Positions 1 to 10,072 of a stretch of 64,000 bases of DNA are shown here, piece by piece. How positions within the stretch are numbered: position 1 is the stretch's first letter; each line of letters begins with the position of its first letter. The translations under genes were made by a program, and so were the position numbers. This DNA comes from Cyanobacteriota bacterium. Lineage in GTDB: Bacteria; Cyanobacteriota; Cyanobacteriia; Thermostichales; Thermostichaceae. The stretch lies in the NCBI GenBank assembly GCA_033764955.1, contig JANRIL010000019.1, positions 96,001 to 160,000 on the forward strand, read 5' to 3'. Below the pieces are notes generated by a model. It did no database searches. It saw only the letters and a program-made list of their open reading frames with translations, and was not told the origin of the DNA.

Positions 1-1023
1 CGCCGTTTTGCCTCCGCCTATGATGCCATCTTTGCCCTCAATCCGTTACAAGCCAAATTGGTACAACTGGCGGTAGGAAGGGATCCCGATGTTGAGGTTC
101 AGCCCTCTGCTCCTGCTCTTCCCCCACCTACCAGCCGCAGTTGGGTCTGCCGGCAAACCCTGCTGGGACATCCTCAGGGCATCACCGCCATCGCCATCCA
201 TCCAGAACGGGTCGTCACGGGAGGGGTGGAAGGGGGAATCCGTCTTTGGCACCTGCCGACCGGGCAAGAAACGGGTTACTTTTTGGCCCACCAAGCCGCT
301 GTGACCAGCATTGCCCTGACCCGTCGAGGGGAGTGTTGTGTGAGTGGCAGCCTTGATCAAACCCTCAAACTCTGGCATTTGCCCAGCCAGCAGGAATTGC
401 ATTGCTTTCAAACCGAACAGGGTGGGATCCGTGCGGTGGCGGTCAGTCCTGATGGGCAAACCTTGGCAGTGGGCAGCACCAACTCCCAGATTCTCTTGTG
501 GGATTTCGAGACGGGGGTGTTGAAAGGTACCCTCAAAGGGCACAGCGGGCCGATTCGCTGTTTGGCCTTTAGCCGGGGCGGAGAAATTTTAGCCAGTGGC
601 AGTGAAGATGCCATGATCCGCCTTTGGGATCCGGAAACGGGAACGAAACTGCGGGAGGTGGCGGCCTTTTATCCGATTTTTTCGGTACAGATCACCCCGG
701 ACGGGCAATGGCTGATCGGCGGGGGCTATGACTCTACCTTGAAAATTTGGGATTTGATTAGCGGCAAGATGCTATCCATCTGTACCGATCATGCCAACTG
801 GGTCACCAGCACCGCCATTACCCCAGACGGGCAGATTTTAGCCAGTGGCAGCGACGACTATACGATCAAACTGCGCCACCTCAAGACGCGGCAGGTGTTG
901 GGATCCCTGACGGGACATCACGGTCGGATTACGGCTCTGCAATTTAGCGCTGATGGGCACTACCTCCTGAGTGGTTGTACGGAAGGATTTCTCAAGTTTT
1001 GGCAGACGGGGCGAAGTCTGTGA
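1..1023 (+). CDS. WD40-repeat protein, 5'-truncated by the window edge; probably the C-terminal part of a Ser/Thr kinase-WD40 protein
   Basis: About 7 GH...W(D/H) repeats (e.g. LKGHSGPIRCLAFSRGGEILASGSEDAMIRLWD). Frame is open from base 1 (RRFASAYDAIFAL), which resembles the end of a cyanobacterial Pkn2-type kinase domain, followed by a Pro-rich linker. Confidence 0.8.
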   Translation, partial: RRFASAYDAIFALNPLQAKLVQLAVGRDPDVEVQPSAPALPPPTSRSWVCRQTLLGHPQGITAIAIHPERVVTGGVEGGIRLWHLPTGQETGYFLAHQAAVTSIALTRRGECCVSGSLDQTLKLWHLPSQQELHCFQTEQGGIRAVAVSPDGQTLAVGSTNSQILLWDFETGVLKGTLKGHSGPIRCLAFSRGGEILASGSEDAMIRLWDPETGTKLREVAAFYPIFSVQITPDGQWLIGGGYDSTLKIWDLISGKMLSICTDHANWVTSTAITPDGQILASGSDDYTIKLRHLKTRQVLGSLTGHHGRITALQFSADGHYLLSGCTEGFLKFWQTGRSL

Positions 1024-1102
1024 GGGATCCGTTAACCCCCACAGCCCCTCGAAAAAAACAGAAAACCTCCTAAAATTAGAATCTCTCCCTCCTGGGATCT
1101 TT

Positions 1103-2101
1103 ATGCAGATTGAGTTTCAAGTTTTTCGGCAACTGCCACCGGCTCCCCCTCACATGCAGTCTTTTTGGCTAGAGATCTCCCCTAGCAGCACGATTCTGGA
1201 AGCCCTCACCCGCCTGAAATGGGAGCAAGATGGCAGTCTGGCCTTCCGCAAAAATTGCCGCAATACGATTTGTGGCAGTTGTGCGATGCGGATCAACGGG
1301 CGGGCGGCGCTGGCTTGTCAACGGCATATCAGCGAGGAGCAGCAGGGATCCCAGCCGATTGTGATTGCCCCCCTGGGTAACCTGCCCATCATGAAAGATC
1401 TGATCGTGGATATGCAGAACTTTTGGCAGGATCTTGAGAGGGTGGATCCCTACGTCAGCACTGCCACCAGGAAAATTCCTGAACGGGAGTTTTTGCAGTC
1501 TCCTCAGGAACGGCAACAGATCGGTCAAGCCGCCAACTGCATCCTCTGTGGGGCTTGCTATTCCGACTGCAACGCCAAAGAAGTCAACCCCGCATTTGTT
1601 GGCCCCCATGCCCTGGCAAAGGTTAACCGTCTGATAGGAGATTCCCGAGATGACCAAACCGCCCAACGGCTAGCTCAACAAAATAGTCTGGCGGGAGTCT
1701 GGGGGTGTACCCGTTGCCTCAATTGCGATCATGTTTGTCCGATGGGGGTGGCTCCCCTTGATCAAATCACCCAAATCAAGCAAACGTTGTTGGCGCAAAC
1801 CCCCGATACTCCTGCTGCCAGCCGCGCCATCCGCCACCGCAAAACCCTCGTCACCCTTGTGCAGGCGGGGGGATGGATCGATGAGCGCCAATTTGGTCTG
1901 ACCGTGGTCGGTAACCGCGGACGGGATCCCTTAGGATTGTTGTCCTTAGCTCCTCTGGGGTTACGGATGCTTCGCAAAGGTAAATTTCCTCTGCATTTCA
2001 AAGCCTCGCTGGGATCCGCCACTGTCAAGAAACTGATTCAACGGATTCGTGCCCAGACCCCCTCTGATCCCAAAAATCTGCTAGGTCGTGTTGATCTTTA
2101 G
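1103..2101 (+). CDS. sdhB: Succinate dehydrogenase/fumarate reductase iron-sulfur subunit
   Basis: [2Fe-2S] motif CRNTICGSC...C, plus CILCGACYSDC and CTRCLNCDHVCP. ATG at 1103 (MQIEFQV) preferred over the longer ORF start. Confidence 0.93.
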   Translation: MQIEFQVFRQLPPAPPHMQSFWLEISPSSTILEALTRLKWEQDGSLAFRKNCRNTICGSCAMRINGRAALACQRHISEEQQGSQPIVIAPLGNLPIMKDLIVDMQNFWQDLERVDPYVSTATRKIPEREFLQSPQERQQIGQAANCILCGACYSDCNAKEVNPAFVGPHALAKVNRLIGDSRDDQTAQRLAQQNSLAGVWGCTRCLNCDHVCPMGVAPLDQITQIKQTLLAQTPDTPAASRAIRHRKTLVTLVQAGGWIDERQFGLTVVGNRGRDPLGLLSLAPLGLRMLRKGKFPLHFKASLGSATVKKLIQRIRAQTPSDPKNLLGRVDL

Positions 2102-2249
2102 CCAAGCAACCGGAGAGATCTCCCTTAGCCCCCCTTAAGAAAGGGGGGAACTGGATTTAAAGTCCCCCTTTTTAAGGGAGATTTAGGGGGATCCGAGACT
2201 AGAACTGGCGGTATTTTCTGACTGAAGAAAAAGATCAACAGAAACCTAG
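2081..2249. mobile_element. MITE-like element, 169 bp, CTAG at both ends, overlapping the sdhB 3' end
   Basis: Left end CTAGGTCGTGTTGATCTTT (2081-2099). Right end AAAGATCAACAGAAACCTAG (2230-2249; reverse complement CTAGGTTTCTGTTGATCTTT). No coding capacity. Confidence 0.7.
2117..2193. repeat. Inverted pair of cyanobacterial REP-like short dispersed repeats (CCCCCTTAA..AAGGGGG hairpins)
   Basis: GATCTCCCTTAGCCCCCCTTAAGAAAGGGGGG and CCCCCTTTTTAAGGGAGATTTAGGGGGATC are imperfect reverse complements, each with its own internal hairpin. Confidence 0.75.
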
Positions 2250-2431
2250 TCCACTCTAGATGAGTTGATTCACGAATGCGGCAAGAACCTGAATTCTGTG
2301 GAATAGGTTGGATAGAGGTAAAGATTCTTGGGAACTGATCACCTGTATGTAGGGATCCGGTAAGGAGCAAGCTGATCCCTTTCTGTTGGCTGGATTTCTC
2401 ATAAATAGCTCTGTCTAGGCAACTTACGACT

Positions 2432-2525
2432 TATAGTTATTCCAAATAAGAATGCAACCACCTAAATCTTCATATTCAAACTTTGAGAGATTTTGGGTTT
2501 CTCAAACTAAGTTGGAACAACTATA
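2432..2525. mobile_element. Small AT-rich MITE-like inverted-repeat element with TATAG...CTATA ends
   Basis: TATAGTTATTCCAAATAAG (2432-2450) versus the reverse complement of 2507-2525, TATAGTTGTTCCAACTTAG: 16/19 identical, with weaker pairing further inside. Confidence 0.6.
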
Positions 2526-2790
2526 GCTCGCTATCTGTAGGTGCTTGAGACGATAACTCAGCCATGTACCGTTTCGATCCAAGCCTCTAGGGATCCGGCT
2601 GAACGTAATTTTTGCCGGAGGGTTTTGATGGGAGCTTTGCCGGTTTCTTCTTCGGGAGATTCTTCGGTTGTCCAGATGTGCTCAATTAGGGGTCAGGGCA
2701 AAGTTTAAGAAATCCTAGCTGTCTGGGGAGAAGAGGGATCCCCTATAACGGGAGGAGCGATTACCCTGTTGGCTCCGACAGGCTTTCCTT

Positions 2791-5067
2791 ATGGATAACA
2801 TCTATTGGTTAGGACTCGCTTGGATTGGCGGATTGTTGGCACGCTTTCTTCCCTCCGGCGAAACCTGGGGTTGGATCTGGCCGTTGCTAGGTGCCTTGCT
2901 GGGGGCAGGATTGGCTCGGCGGCAGCCTCGCCTGTTGCGAACTTGGCTGCTGGCCGGGTTGGTGGGGGTGATTGCCTGGGGATATCTGGGTTTTCGCACT
3001 CCTTATCCAGCTCCCGATGATGTCAGTCTGTCCGCTCCCCAAAACCGCGCCATCCTGGTGGGCAAGCTGACGACCGATCCGCAAACCACCCGCAGTGGAC
3101 GACAACGCTTTTGGTTGGAAGCTCAAACCCTAGAACAGGCCAATGAGCAATCCGAATCGGTGACGGGCAAAGTCTATGTCACCATCAAGCCTGATAACTT
3201 ACCCAAGCAACAAACCCTCGATCCAGGTCAAATCCTCAAGCTAACCGGATCCCTTTATTTGCCCAGTCCCGCCCAAAATCCGGGGGGCTTTGACTTTCAG
3301 AAATATCTACAAAATCAGGGATCCTTTGCTGGATTGAGTGCCTATGAGGTGGAGATCCTTCAGCCGGCATCCTGGGGGGGCTGGGTTTGGCGACGCCGCA
3401 TCCGCGCTGCTTTGGTAAACGGACTGGGGCAACAGCAGGGGGAACTACTCAGTTCGATGGTTTTGGGATCCCGTGCCGCCGATCTGGATTATCAGATACG
3501 CGATCATTTCCGGCAAATTGGGCTATCCCATGTCTTAGCGGCCTCTGGCTTTCAGGTGACCCTCCTAATTGGGGTGGTGTTGGCTCTAGTGAAAACTCGT
3601 TCTCCCCAACAGCAGCGAGCGATTGTCCTCTTGGGGTTAGGACTTTATACCCTGCTGACGGGATTGAGTCCTCCTGTTTTACGAGCTGCTTTGATGGGTG
3701 TAGCAGCAACCTTCGCGCTGACGGCTAGTGAGTCACGGCGCAAGCTGCATCTGGATCCTTTAATGCTATTGTTGCTGGCGGCAGTGGTTCTGTTGATCGT
3801 GATTCCCACCTGGGTGAACGATCTGGGCTTTCAACTGAGCTTTTTGGCGACATTGGGTTTGATGGTGGGTGTGGAGCCAATCAGCAAACGCTTGGAGTGG
3901 TTGCCCGTAGGATTGGGGGCGGCGGTGGCGGTCTCGCTGGCCGCACAGTTCTGGACGCTGCCCCTACAACTGTCGGCGCTAGGACAAATGGCTAACTACT
4001 TTTTGGTGGCAAACCTGATCACACTTCCCTTTGTGGTGGTGCTATCGGTGGTGGGATTTGCGGTCTGTGGAATTGCTCTGATCGCCCCCCCTCTGGGATC
4101 CCTTTTAGCCAGTCCCCTGCAATTTTTGTTGACTCCCCTAATCAACCTGGTGGGGTGGATGGCCAGTTGGCCTCATGCTACCTACTATGCCGGACAGGTC
4201 TCTTGGCTACAGTGCGTTCTCTGCTACGGGGTTTTCGCTGCCCTCACCTTTTGGGGGGGCTGGCGGCAACGGGTGCGCTGGCAGGGATCCCTGTTGCTGG
4301 TGGCGGGGATCCTACTCCTGCCCAATTTTTTGCCGGATCCCTCCCTGCAAATCACGGCGCTAGCCACCCGTGATGCCCCAGTTTTGGTGATTCAATCTCG
4401 GCAAGAAACCCTGCTCATCAACAGCGGCGATCCAGAAACGATCCAGCAGGTGGTGCTGCCCTTTTTACGTCGTCAAGGGATTCGTAACCTGGATCAAGCC
4501 ATAGTCACTTCCTCAGAGGGCAAGCTCAACAGTGGGTGGGGAGAACTGCTCAAAGCAGGCATTGGCGTCCGTCAATTTTGGGATGGGGGGGGAGGCTCCT
4601 CTCTGTCGGGGGGATATGCGGAAGCTCTGCAAGCGGTGCAATCCCGGCAAATTCCCTATCAAGTGCTACAAGTAGGTCAGCAGCTATCCACCCGCTCTGG
4701 TCTCATCCTGACTAGCCTCTATACCAATCCCCTGGTACTCAGTCTGACCTTGCCTGAAAGTGCGAATCAGGGTGCAGCGGATAACTGGTTATTGTTGGGA
4801 ACCGCTCAGCCTGCGGTGCAAACCACCTTGCTTTCCTCACCCCAACTGCCCCAAGGGATCCCTGGATTGTGGTGGAATGGAGGGCTGATCCAACTATCCC
4901 TTTTGCAACGGCTAGGGGCGCAAACCGGATTGGTGAGTGGATCCAATTTAGAAGACAGTAGAGCCTGGTTTCAGGAATCAGGTCGCGCCCTGTTTAGCAC
5001 CGATACCCTAGGGGCGATCACCTGGACACCTCAGCAGGTGCAAACCTGGCAAGCCCGCCTGGATTGA
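2791..5067 (+). CDS. comEC: ComEC/Rec2 DNA-uptake competence protein
   Basis: N-terminal TMs, OB-like domain with NPGGFDFQKYL, competence motif GLSHVLAASGFQV, SPPVLRAALM, DLGFQLSFLAT, and a degenerate metallo-beta-lactamase-like C-terminus. Confidence 0.92.
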   Translation: MDNIYWLGLAWIGGLLARFLPSGETWGWIWPLLGALLGAGLARRQPRLLRTWLLAGLVGVIAWGYLGFRTPYPAPDDVSLSAPQNRAILVGKLTTDPQTTRSGRQRFWLEAQTLEQANEQSESVTGKVYVTIKPDNLPKQQTLDPGQILKLTGSLYLPSPAQNPGGFDFQKYLQNQGSFAGLSAYEVEILQPASWGGWVWRRRIRAALVNGLGQQQGELLSSMVLGSRAADLDYQIRDHFRQIGLSHVLAASGFQVTLLIGVVLALVKTRSPQQQRAIVLLGLGLYTLLTGLSPPVLRAALMGVAATFALTASESRRKLHLDPLMLLLLAAVVLLIVIPTWVNDLGFQLSFLATLGLMVGVEPISKRLEWLPVGLGAAVAVSLAAQFWTLPLQLSALGQMANYFLVANLITLPFVVVLSVVGFAVCGIALIAPPLGSLLASPLQFLLTPLINLVGWMASWPHATYYAGQVSWLQCVLCYGVFAALTFWGGWRQRVRWQGSLLLVAGILLLPNFLPDPSLQITALATRDAPVLVIQSRQETLLINSGDPETIQQVVLPFLRRQGIRNLDQAIVTSSEGKLNSGWGELLKAGIGVRQFWDGGGGSSLSGGYAEALQAVQSRQIPYQVLQVGQQLSTRSGLILTSLYTNPLVLSLTLPESANQGAADNWLLLGTAQPAVQTTLLSSPQLPQGIPGLWWNGGLIQLSLLQRLGAQTGLVSGSNLEDSRAWFQESGRALFSTDTLGAITWTPQQVQTWQARLD

Positions 5068-5104
5068 CATCCTCACCATCCAACCTGCCCGCTCTTGGCT
5101 AGGG

Positions 5105-6493
5105 TTATTCATTCATCGTTTTGTAGGTAGCGACAGCGGAAGGGGAAACACGATTGAGGTAACGGAAGATCCAATACTTAAAGAGAGTATCCAGAAAAAC
5201 AGGAAATGTTGCGATAAAAGCATAAATAGCATCTTGATTTTCGGGGATCCCCAAGTGATGAGCCGTGATCGATAGTAAAACCTCCCATCCGTGGGGAGAG
5301 TGATATCCAACAAAGACATCGGTAAATAAGATAATAATAAATGCCTTAGCACTATCACTCAAACCATAAATAAGTCGATCTAAAAAAGCTTTGAGAACCT
5401 CAATCTCTTCTTTGCCAATGTAGATCAACCATGCAAACACTCCAAATGAAAGGGCGTCTGCCACAACATTTTTGAGTCCCTCTAGATTGTCATAGCCATA
5501 TTTGCGAACCAATTGGATAGCTTTATCCCGCAGAATTTGTTCCGTATTGTCTTCTGCCTCTTTACTTATCCCATTGTCAGGAGCCAATAGCTTTTGAAAT
5601 TCTAAATGCTCCTTAAAAGCTGCAAATTCTCCCATGGCTTTTTCTTCAAACTCATAGCTGAGGGTAATTTCCGTGGGATCCCGTTGCTGAAAGAAATAGT
5701 GATCGATGAGAGGGCTAATCAGAAAGTTTTTGGCCATGACCTGCACGAGCAAAGGCAGAAAAGCCAACAGCACCAAATAACGAATCGAGATCATCGTTTT
5801 GGCACGAGCATCCCGAAAATCATTCACGACTTCCTGCTCATACTCAGGATCGAGTTCGCGGCGAATTCGGCTGGCGGTTCGCAAAATAGAGCGGGGCAAA
5901 AGACCTGTTTTTGTCGCTACGGGTTCGCCAGATTTGACCGAGGCGGCAGCCAGTTCTTCCTGAGAGGAAAGCGGGCTGGGACGAAAGCCGTTATTGCCAT
6001 TATTCTGGGCAAGGGAGGTCTCCGAGTCCGCCGAGGATCCCTGGCTAGAGGATTCGGCAGACTTAGCGGGAGTGGTAGGAGATTGTGGACGACGAGCCGC
6101 ATAGCGACTGGTGACTTGATCAATAAATCGCAGTTTTTCCAGGACTTCAGATTGGGGGTCGGCAGGTGGATTGGGTTGGGATCCGTTACGGGTGGCCGCT
6201 GCCTCTGGATCGGATCCCGCAGAGGGAACCAGTGGCGTAGGACGAGTTAAGGTACTGGCAGTGCGATATTCTGCCAGTCTTACCTCAATTTTGCTGAGGT
6301 TTCTCCGTAACTGCAGCTGAAAATATTGGCTGACATTCCGCCCATGCTCGCTGCCCGATCCGACCTTTTTGCCGTTAAAATGCTCAATTTCTAGGGTTTG
6401 GATGGCTTGGGCTGCCGTGTAGGCTTCCTCTAGAGAGCGAAATGGCGTATCGCTGATCCATTGATTGATCTTCCCCAAAAATGATGATCCCAT
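5105..6493 (-). CDS. pxcA: Proton extrusion protein PxcA (CemA/CotA family)
   Basis: GLSDSAKAFIIILFTDVFVGYHSPHGWE and FIATFPVFLDTLFKYWIFRYLNRVSPSAVATY are CemA-family signatures. Confidence 0.93.
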   Translation of the reverse strand: MGSSFLGKINQWISDTPFRSLEEAYTAAQAIQTLEIEHFNGKKVGSGSEHGRNVSQYFQLQLRRNLSKIEVRLAEYRTASTLTRPTPLVPSAGSDPEAAATRNGSQPNPPADPQSEVLEKLRFIDQVTSRYAARRPQSPTTPAKSAESSSQGSSADSETSLAQNNGNNGFRPSPLSSQEELAAASVKSGEPVATKTGLLPRSILRTASRIRRELDPEYEQEVVNDFRDARAKTMISIRYLVLLAFLPLLVQVMAKNFLISPLIDHYFFQQRDPTEITLSYEFEEKAMGEFAAFKEHLEFQKLLAPDNGISKEAEDNTEQILRDKAIQLVRKYGYDNLEGLKNVVADALSFGVFAWLIYIGKEEIEVLKAFLDRLIYGLSDSAKAFIIILFTDVFVGYHSPHGWEVLLSITAHHLGIPENQDAIYAFIATFPVFLDTLFKYWIFRYLNRVSPSAVATYKTMNE

Positions 6494-6742
6494 TGCTGAT
6501 CCTGCGGCGATTCATCAAGTATTTAACGCCTGTCACTCAGCACCTGTGTCAAAATTTACATTGGGTGCTAACTCCAGAGGGATAGGGTCATCCCTCCTTG
6601 CCTACCTACGAATTCCAGTATACACAATGACATAATCGTCAAGAATAGCTTAACGATTAGAGAATAGGCAGGTATTTTCTTGTCTAACTCCAGCCAGCCA
6701 GATCCCAGAATACAGCCATCTCTGCCTAACCCCTCTGCTGGC

Positions 6743-8233
6743 TTAGTCCGCTTGATCGAGTTTTTGTTGCAGGAGGGTATTAGCCAGTTGTGGATCGGCG
6801 CGTCCTTGGGTCTTTTTCATCAGTTGACCGACAAAATAACCCAGCAACTTGGTTTTGCCGCTGCGATATTGCTCCAGTTGGGTCGGGTTTTCGTCAAGAA
6901 TTGCCTGAATGATCTGTTGCAAAGCCGAGCTGTCAGAGATTTGGGTTAGCCCCTTGGCGGTCACCAATTCACGGGCAGAACCGCCCTTTTCCAACAGCTC
7001 CGGCAGAATATCTTTGGCAATTTTGGAAGAAATGGTGCCTAACTCAATCAGCGCAATTAACTCCGCTAGGGTTTCGGGTTGGAGGGCAATGGTGGTGTAA
7101 TCTTGTCTGTGGGTGTTGAGGTAGCTGGCCATATCACTCATCATCCAATTGGCGACGGCTTTGGCGTCGGCACCCTGCTGAAGCACCCGTTCAAAATAGT
7201 CGGCGGTTTGCCGATCATCACTCAGATAACGGGCATCATAAACCGATAGTCCATACTCCTCTTGATAGCGTTGCCGCTTTTGGGCGGGTAGTTCGGGGAG
7301 TTCCTGTTGCCAGGTGGTTAGTTGATCTTGGCTGACGCGAATCGGCAATAGATCCGGCTCTGGGAAATAGCGGTAGTCGCTAGATCCCTCCTTCTTCCGC
7401 ATACTGATGGTGCGCTGCCCATTTTCATCCCAGAGGCGGGTCTCTTGGATGAGCTTTTCTCCGGCTTCTACGGCTTTTACCTGGCGATGAAATTCATAAT
7501 CGATGGCTCGTTGGATGGCATTAAAGGAGTTCATATTTTTGATCTCCACTTTGGTGCCAAAGGTTTGGCTGCCTAGAGGACGCACCGAGATATTCACATC
7601 GCAGCGCATCGAGCCTTCTTGCAGGTTACCGTCACAAATCTCCAGATAGCGCAGGATCCGTCGCAGTTCTTGCACATATTCGGCAGCTTCTTCTCCGGTG
7701 CGGATATCCGGTTCGGAAACGATCTCGGCAAGGGGGGTGCCTGTGCGGTTAAAGTCCACCAAGGAGTGGGTGGATCCAGATAGGCGATCACTGCCGGCGT
7801 GAACTAATTTTCCGGCATCTTCTTCCATGTGCAGGCGGGTGATGCCAATTTGTTTCCGGCGTCCATCGGTTAACTGAATCTCTAGCCAGCCGTGGGTGGC
7901 AATCGGCAAATCGTACTGGGAGATTTGATAGTTTTTCGGCAGATCGGGATAGAAGTATTGCTTGCGGTCAAATTTGCTGTAGGGGGCAATTGAGCAGTGC
8001 AGAGCCAAGCCTGCTTTCACGGCATATTCCAGCACCTTTTCGTTGAGAACAGGTAATACTCCGGGCATCCCCATGCAGATCGGACAAACCTGGGCGTTGG
8101 GATCCCCGCCAAACGTAGTGGAACACTCACAAAAAATCTTGGAGGCCGTCTGAAGTTGACAATGTACCTCCAGACCAATCACGGCCTCGTATTGGGTGGT
8201 GGATAGGGATGGGGTAGGGGCAGCCAGTGTCAT
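6743..8233 (-). CDS. gatB: Asp/Glu-tRNA amidotransferase subunit B
   Basis: YEAVIGLEVHCQL, FDRKQYFYPDLPKNYQISQ, HMEEDAGK, DYRYFPEPDL. Confidence 0.97.
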   Translation of the reverse strand: MTLAAPTPSLSTTQYEAVIGLEVHCQLQTASKIFCECSTTFGGDPNAQVCPICMGMPGVLPVLNEKVLEYAVKAGLALHCSIAPYSKFDRKQYFYPDLPKNYQISQYDLPIATHGWLEIQLTDGRRKQIGITRLHMEEDAGKLVHAGSDRLSGSTHSLVDFNRTGTPLAEIVSEPDIRTGEEAAEYVQELRRILRYLEICDGNLQEGSMRCDVNISVRPLGSQTFGTKVEIKNMNSFNAIQRAIDYEFHRQVKAVEAGEKLIQETRLWDENGQRTISMRKKEGSSDYRYFPEPDLLPIRVSQDQLTTWQQELPELPAQKRQRYQEEYGLSVYDARYLSDDRQTADYFERVLQQGADAKAVANWMMSDMASYLNTHRQDYTTIALQPETLAELIALIELGTISSKIAKDILPELLEKGGSARELVTAKGLTQISDSSALQQIIQAILDENPTQLEQYRSGKTKLLGYFVGQLMKKTQGRADPQLANTLLQQKLDQAD

Positions 8234-8347
8234 AGCAGGCTAAAACCTCGCTGGATAGGGGGTGGTCAATATTCAGCAGATGGGGTTCGGGATCCCTCTC
8301 CGCGGATCCGTGAGGAGGAATCCGCATGTGCCGATCGGGCTGAATCT

Positions 8348-8782
8348 TTATGCTAGCTCCCCTGTCTGGACAACTTTAGCCATCCGGCGAAAGAATTTTC
8401 CAACCGCCTGCACGAGTTTGGGGGTGGCTTCTGCATGGGCGGGAATGGTCTCCATCAGGGCATAAAAATCATCCAACAAGCGATGTTCGGGAGGGCTGAC
8501 TTCGTTATCCGCTATCAATAGGTTACCAAGAGCCGCCAATAGCTTCATCCGTTCCCCTTCCCCTGCCTGCGAGAGATACGCAGCTATCCACTGTTCCGTT
8601 TGGCGGAGGGAGACGGGCTGACTAAGCAACGCCCGCAGGTGGGGATCCCGATCATAGCCATAGCGCTGCATCAGACGGTCAAGATAGCCTACCTCAGCTG
8701 CCTCAAGGTGCCCATCCACCCAGGCAGCGGCTATGACAATCTGCAAAAGCTGATAATGCTGCTGATCAGAATCCATCAACAT
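8348..8782 (-). CDS. TerB-family protein
   Basis: Two TerB-like motifs: AAAWVDGHLEAAE and LIADNEVSPPE. Confidence 0.7.
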   Translation of the reverse strand: MLMDSDQQHYQLLQIVIAAAWVDGHLEAAEVGYLDRLMQRYGYDRDPHLRALLSQPVSLRQTEQWIAAYLSQAGEGERMKLLAALGNLLIADNEVSPPEHRLLDDFYALMETIPAHAEATPKLVQAVGKFFRRMAKVVQTGELA

Positions 8783-8830
8783 CCATCCATTGACATCGTC
8801 AGTGTGAGAAGGAGCCTCCGCCCAAGCCGG

Positions 8831-10072
8831 TTAGCGGATGTATTCTTTCAAGACGCTGTTGCGATTGGGATGGCGTAGTTTGCGGAGGGCTTTGGCTTCG
8901 ATTTGCCGAATCCGCTCGCGAGTGACATTAAAAATCTGGCCGATTTCCTCTAGGGTTTTCATGCGCCCATCATCCAGACCATAGCGCAGCTTTAGCACAT
9001 CCCGTTCGCGGGGGGTCAATGTGCCCAAAACACTTTCTAAATCTTCCCGCAACAGCACTTTCGCTACGCGATCCTCCGGGGTTTCGCCATCCGATTCGAT
9101 AAAGTCTCCCAAGCGGGAGTCTTCTTCCTTGCCAATGGGGGTCTCTAGAGAAATGGGCAGTTGAGCCGACTTGGCAATAAACCGCAGCTTCTCGATGGTG
9201 ATTTCCATGCGGGTGGCAATTTCTTCTTCGCTGGGTTTGCGCCCCAGTTCTTGAGAAAGTAGTTTGGTGACTTTCTTGATGCGAGAGATGGTTTCGTAGA
9301 GGTGAACTGGTAGGCGGATCGTGCGGGATTGATCGGCGATGGCGCGGGTGATGGCTTGGCGAATCCACCAGGTGGCGTAGGTGGAGAATTTGTAGCCTTT
9401 TTCGTGGTCAAACTTTTCGGCGGCACGGATTAGCCCCAGGGATCCCTCTTGGATCAAATCCTGAAAGGAAAGTCCTCGGTTCATGTATTTTTTGGCAATC
9501 GACACCACCAAGCGCAGGTTTGACTGCACCATCTTTTCCTTCGCTCGCCGTCCACGGTAGAGTCGCCGCCGAAAATCGGGGAGGGGCATGTTAACTTCTT
9601 CTGCCCAGTGGGAATCGGGAACTTCTTCCGGATCTTCCCACAAGCCCATCCGGTCAAAGATTTTTTCGCGGATGCGTTCCAGTTCCAACAGGTCGGCGAT
9701 TTTCCGCGCCAGTTCGATTTCTTCGTCCGCCCGCAACAGTCGAATCCGCCCAATTTCTTGGAGATAGACCCGGATCGAGTCATCGGTATAGTGCTTTTTC
9801 TTGGCTGGGGTGCGGCGACGGGAGCGAGACTTGCTGGGAGATGCAGCTTCTTCTCCCTCTTCCCCTTCCATGTCTAGGTCTTCGTCAAGATCAAGGTCTT
9901 CGTCCTCGCTCTCCAAGGAATCGGAGTCCACGCCTCTGGCGATACCACCTGCTGGGGGAACCGGAGCAAGCAGATCCGTCGCTAACTCTGGGTTGGCATC
10001 GTCAAGGGATGGGTCATCCAACTCCAATGGGCTAGAGGTCAACGGTTTCAGCAGTGGTTTCGCTTGCGTCAT
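8831..10072 (-). CDS. sigA: Principal (group 1) RNA polymerase sigma factor
   Basis: [58 protein letters not shown], region 4 [22 protein letters not shown] at 10072 (MTQAK) is preceded by GAGGAG. Confidence 0.95.
   Translation of the reverse strand: MTQAKPLLKPLTSSPLELDDPSLDDANPELATDLLAPVPPAGGIARGVDSDSLESEDEDLDLDEDLDMEGEEGEEAASPSKSRSRRRTPAKKKHYTDDSIRVYLQEIGRIRLLRADEEIELARKIADLLELERIREKIFDRMGLWEDPEEVPDSHWAEEVNMPLPDFRRRLYRGRRAKEKMVQSNLRLVVSIAKKYMNRGLSFQDLIQEGSLGLIRAAEKFDHEKGYKFSTYATWWIRQAITRAIADQSRTIRLPVHLYETISRIKKVTKLLSQELGRKPSEEEIATRMEITIEKLRFIAKSAQLPISLETPIGKEEDSRLGDFIESDGETPEDRVAKVLLREDLESVLGTLTPRERDVLKLRYGLDDGRMKTLEEIGQIFNVTRERIRQIEAKALRKLRHPNRNSVLKEYIR

Noticed and set aside
2125..2370. 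81-aa ORF ending PPKSPLKRGTLNPVPPFLKGG
   Set aside because: This is a translation of the REP-like repeat inside the MITE, not a likely gene.
6665..6730. TAGGCAG...CTGCCTAAC inverted repeat between pxcA and gatB resembling attC core sites
   Set aside because: The boxes are in the wrong order for an attC, and there is no L''/L' stem with bulges.
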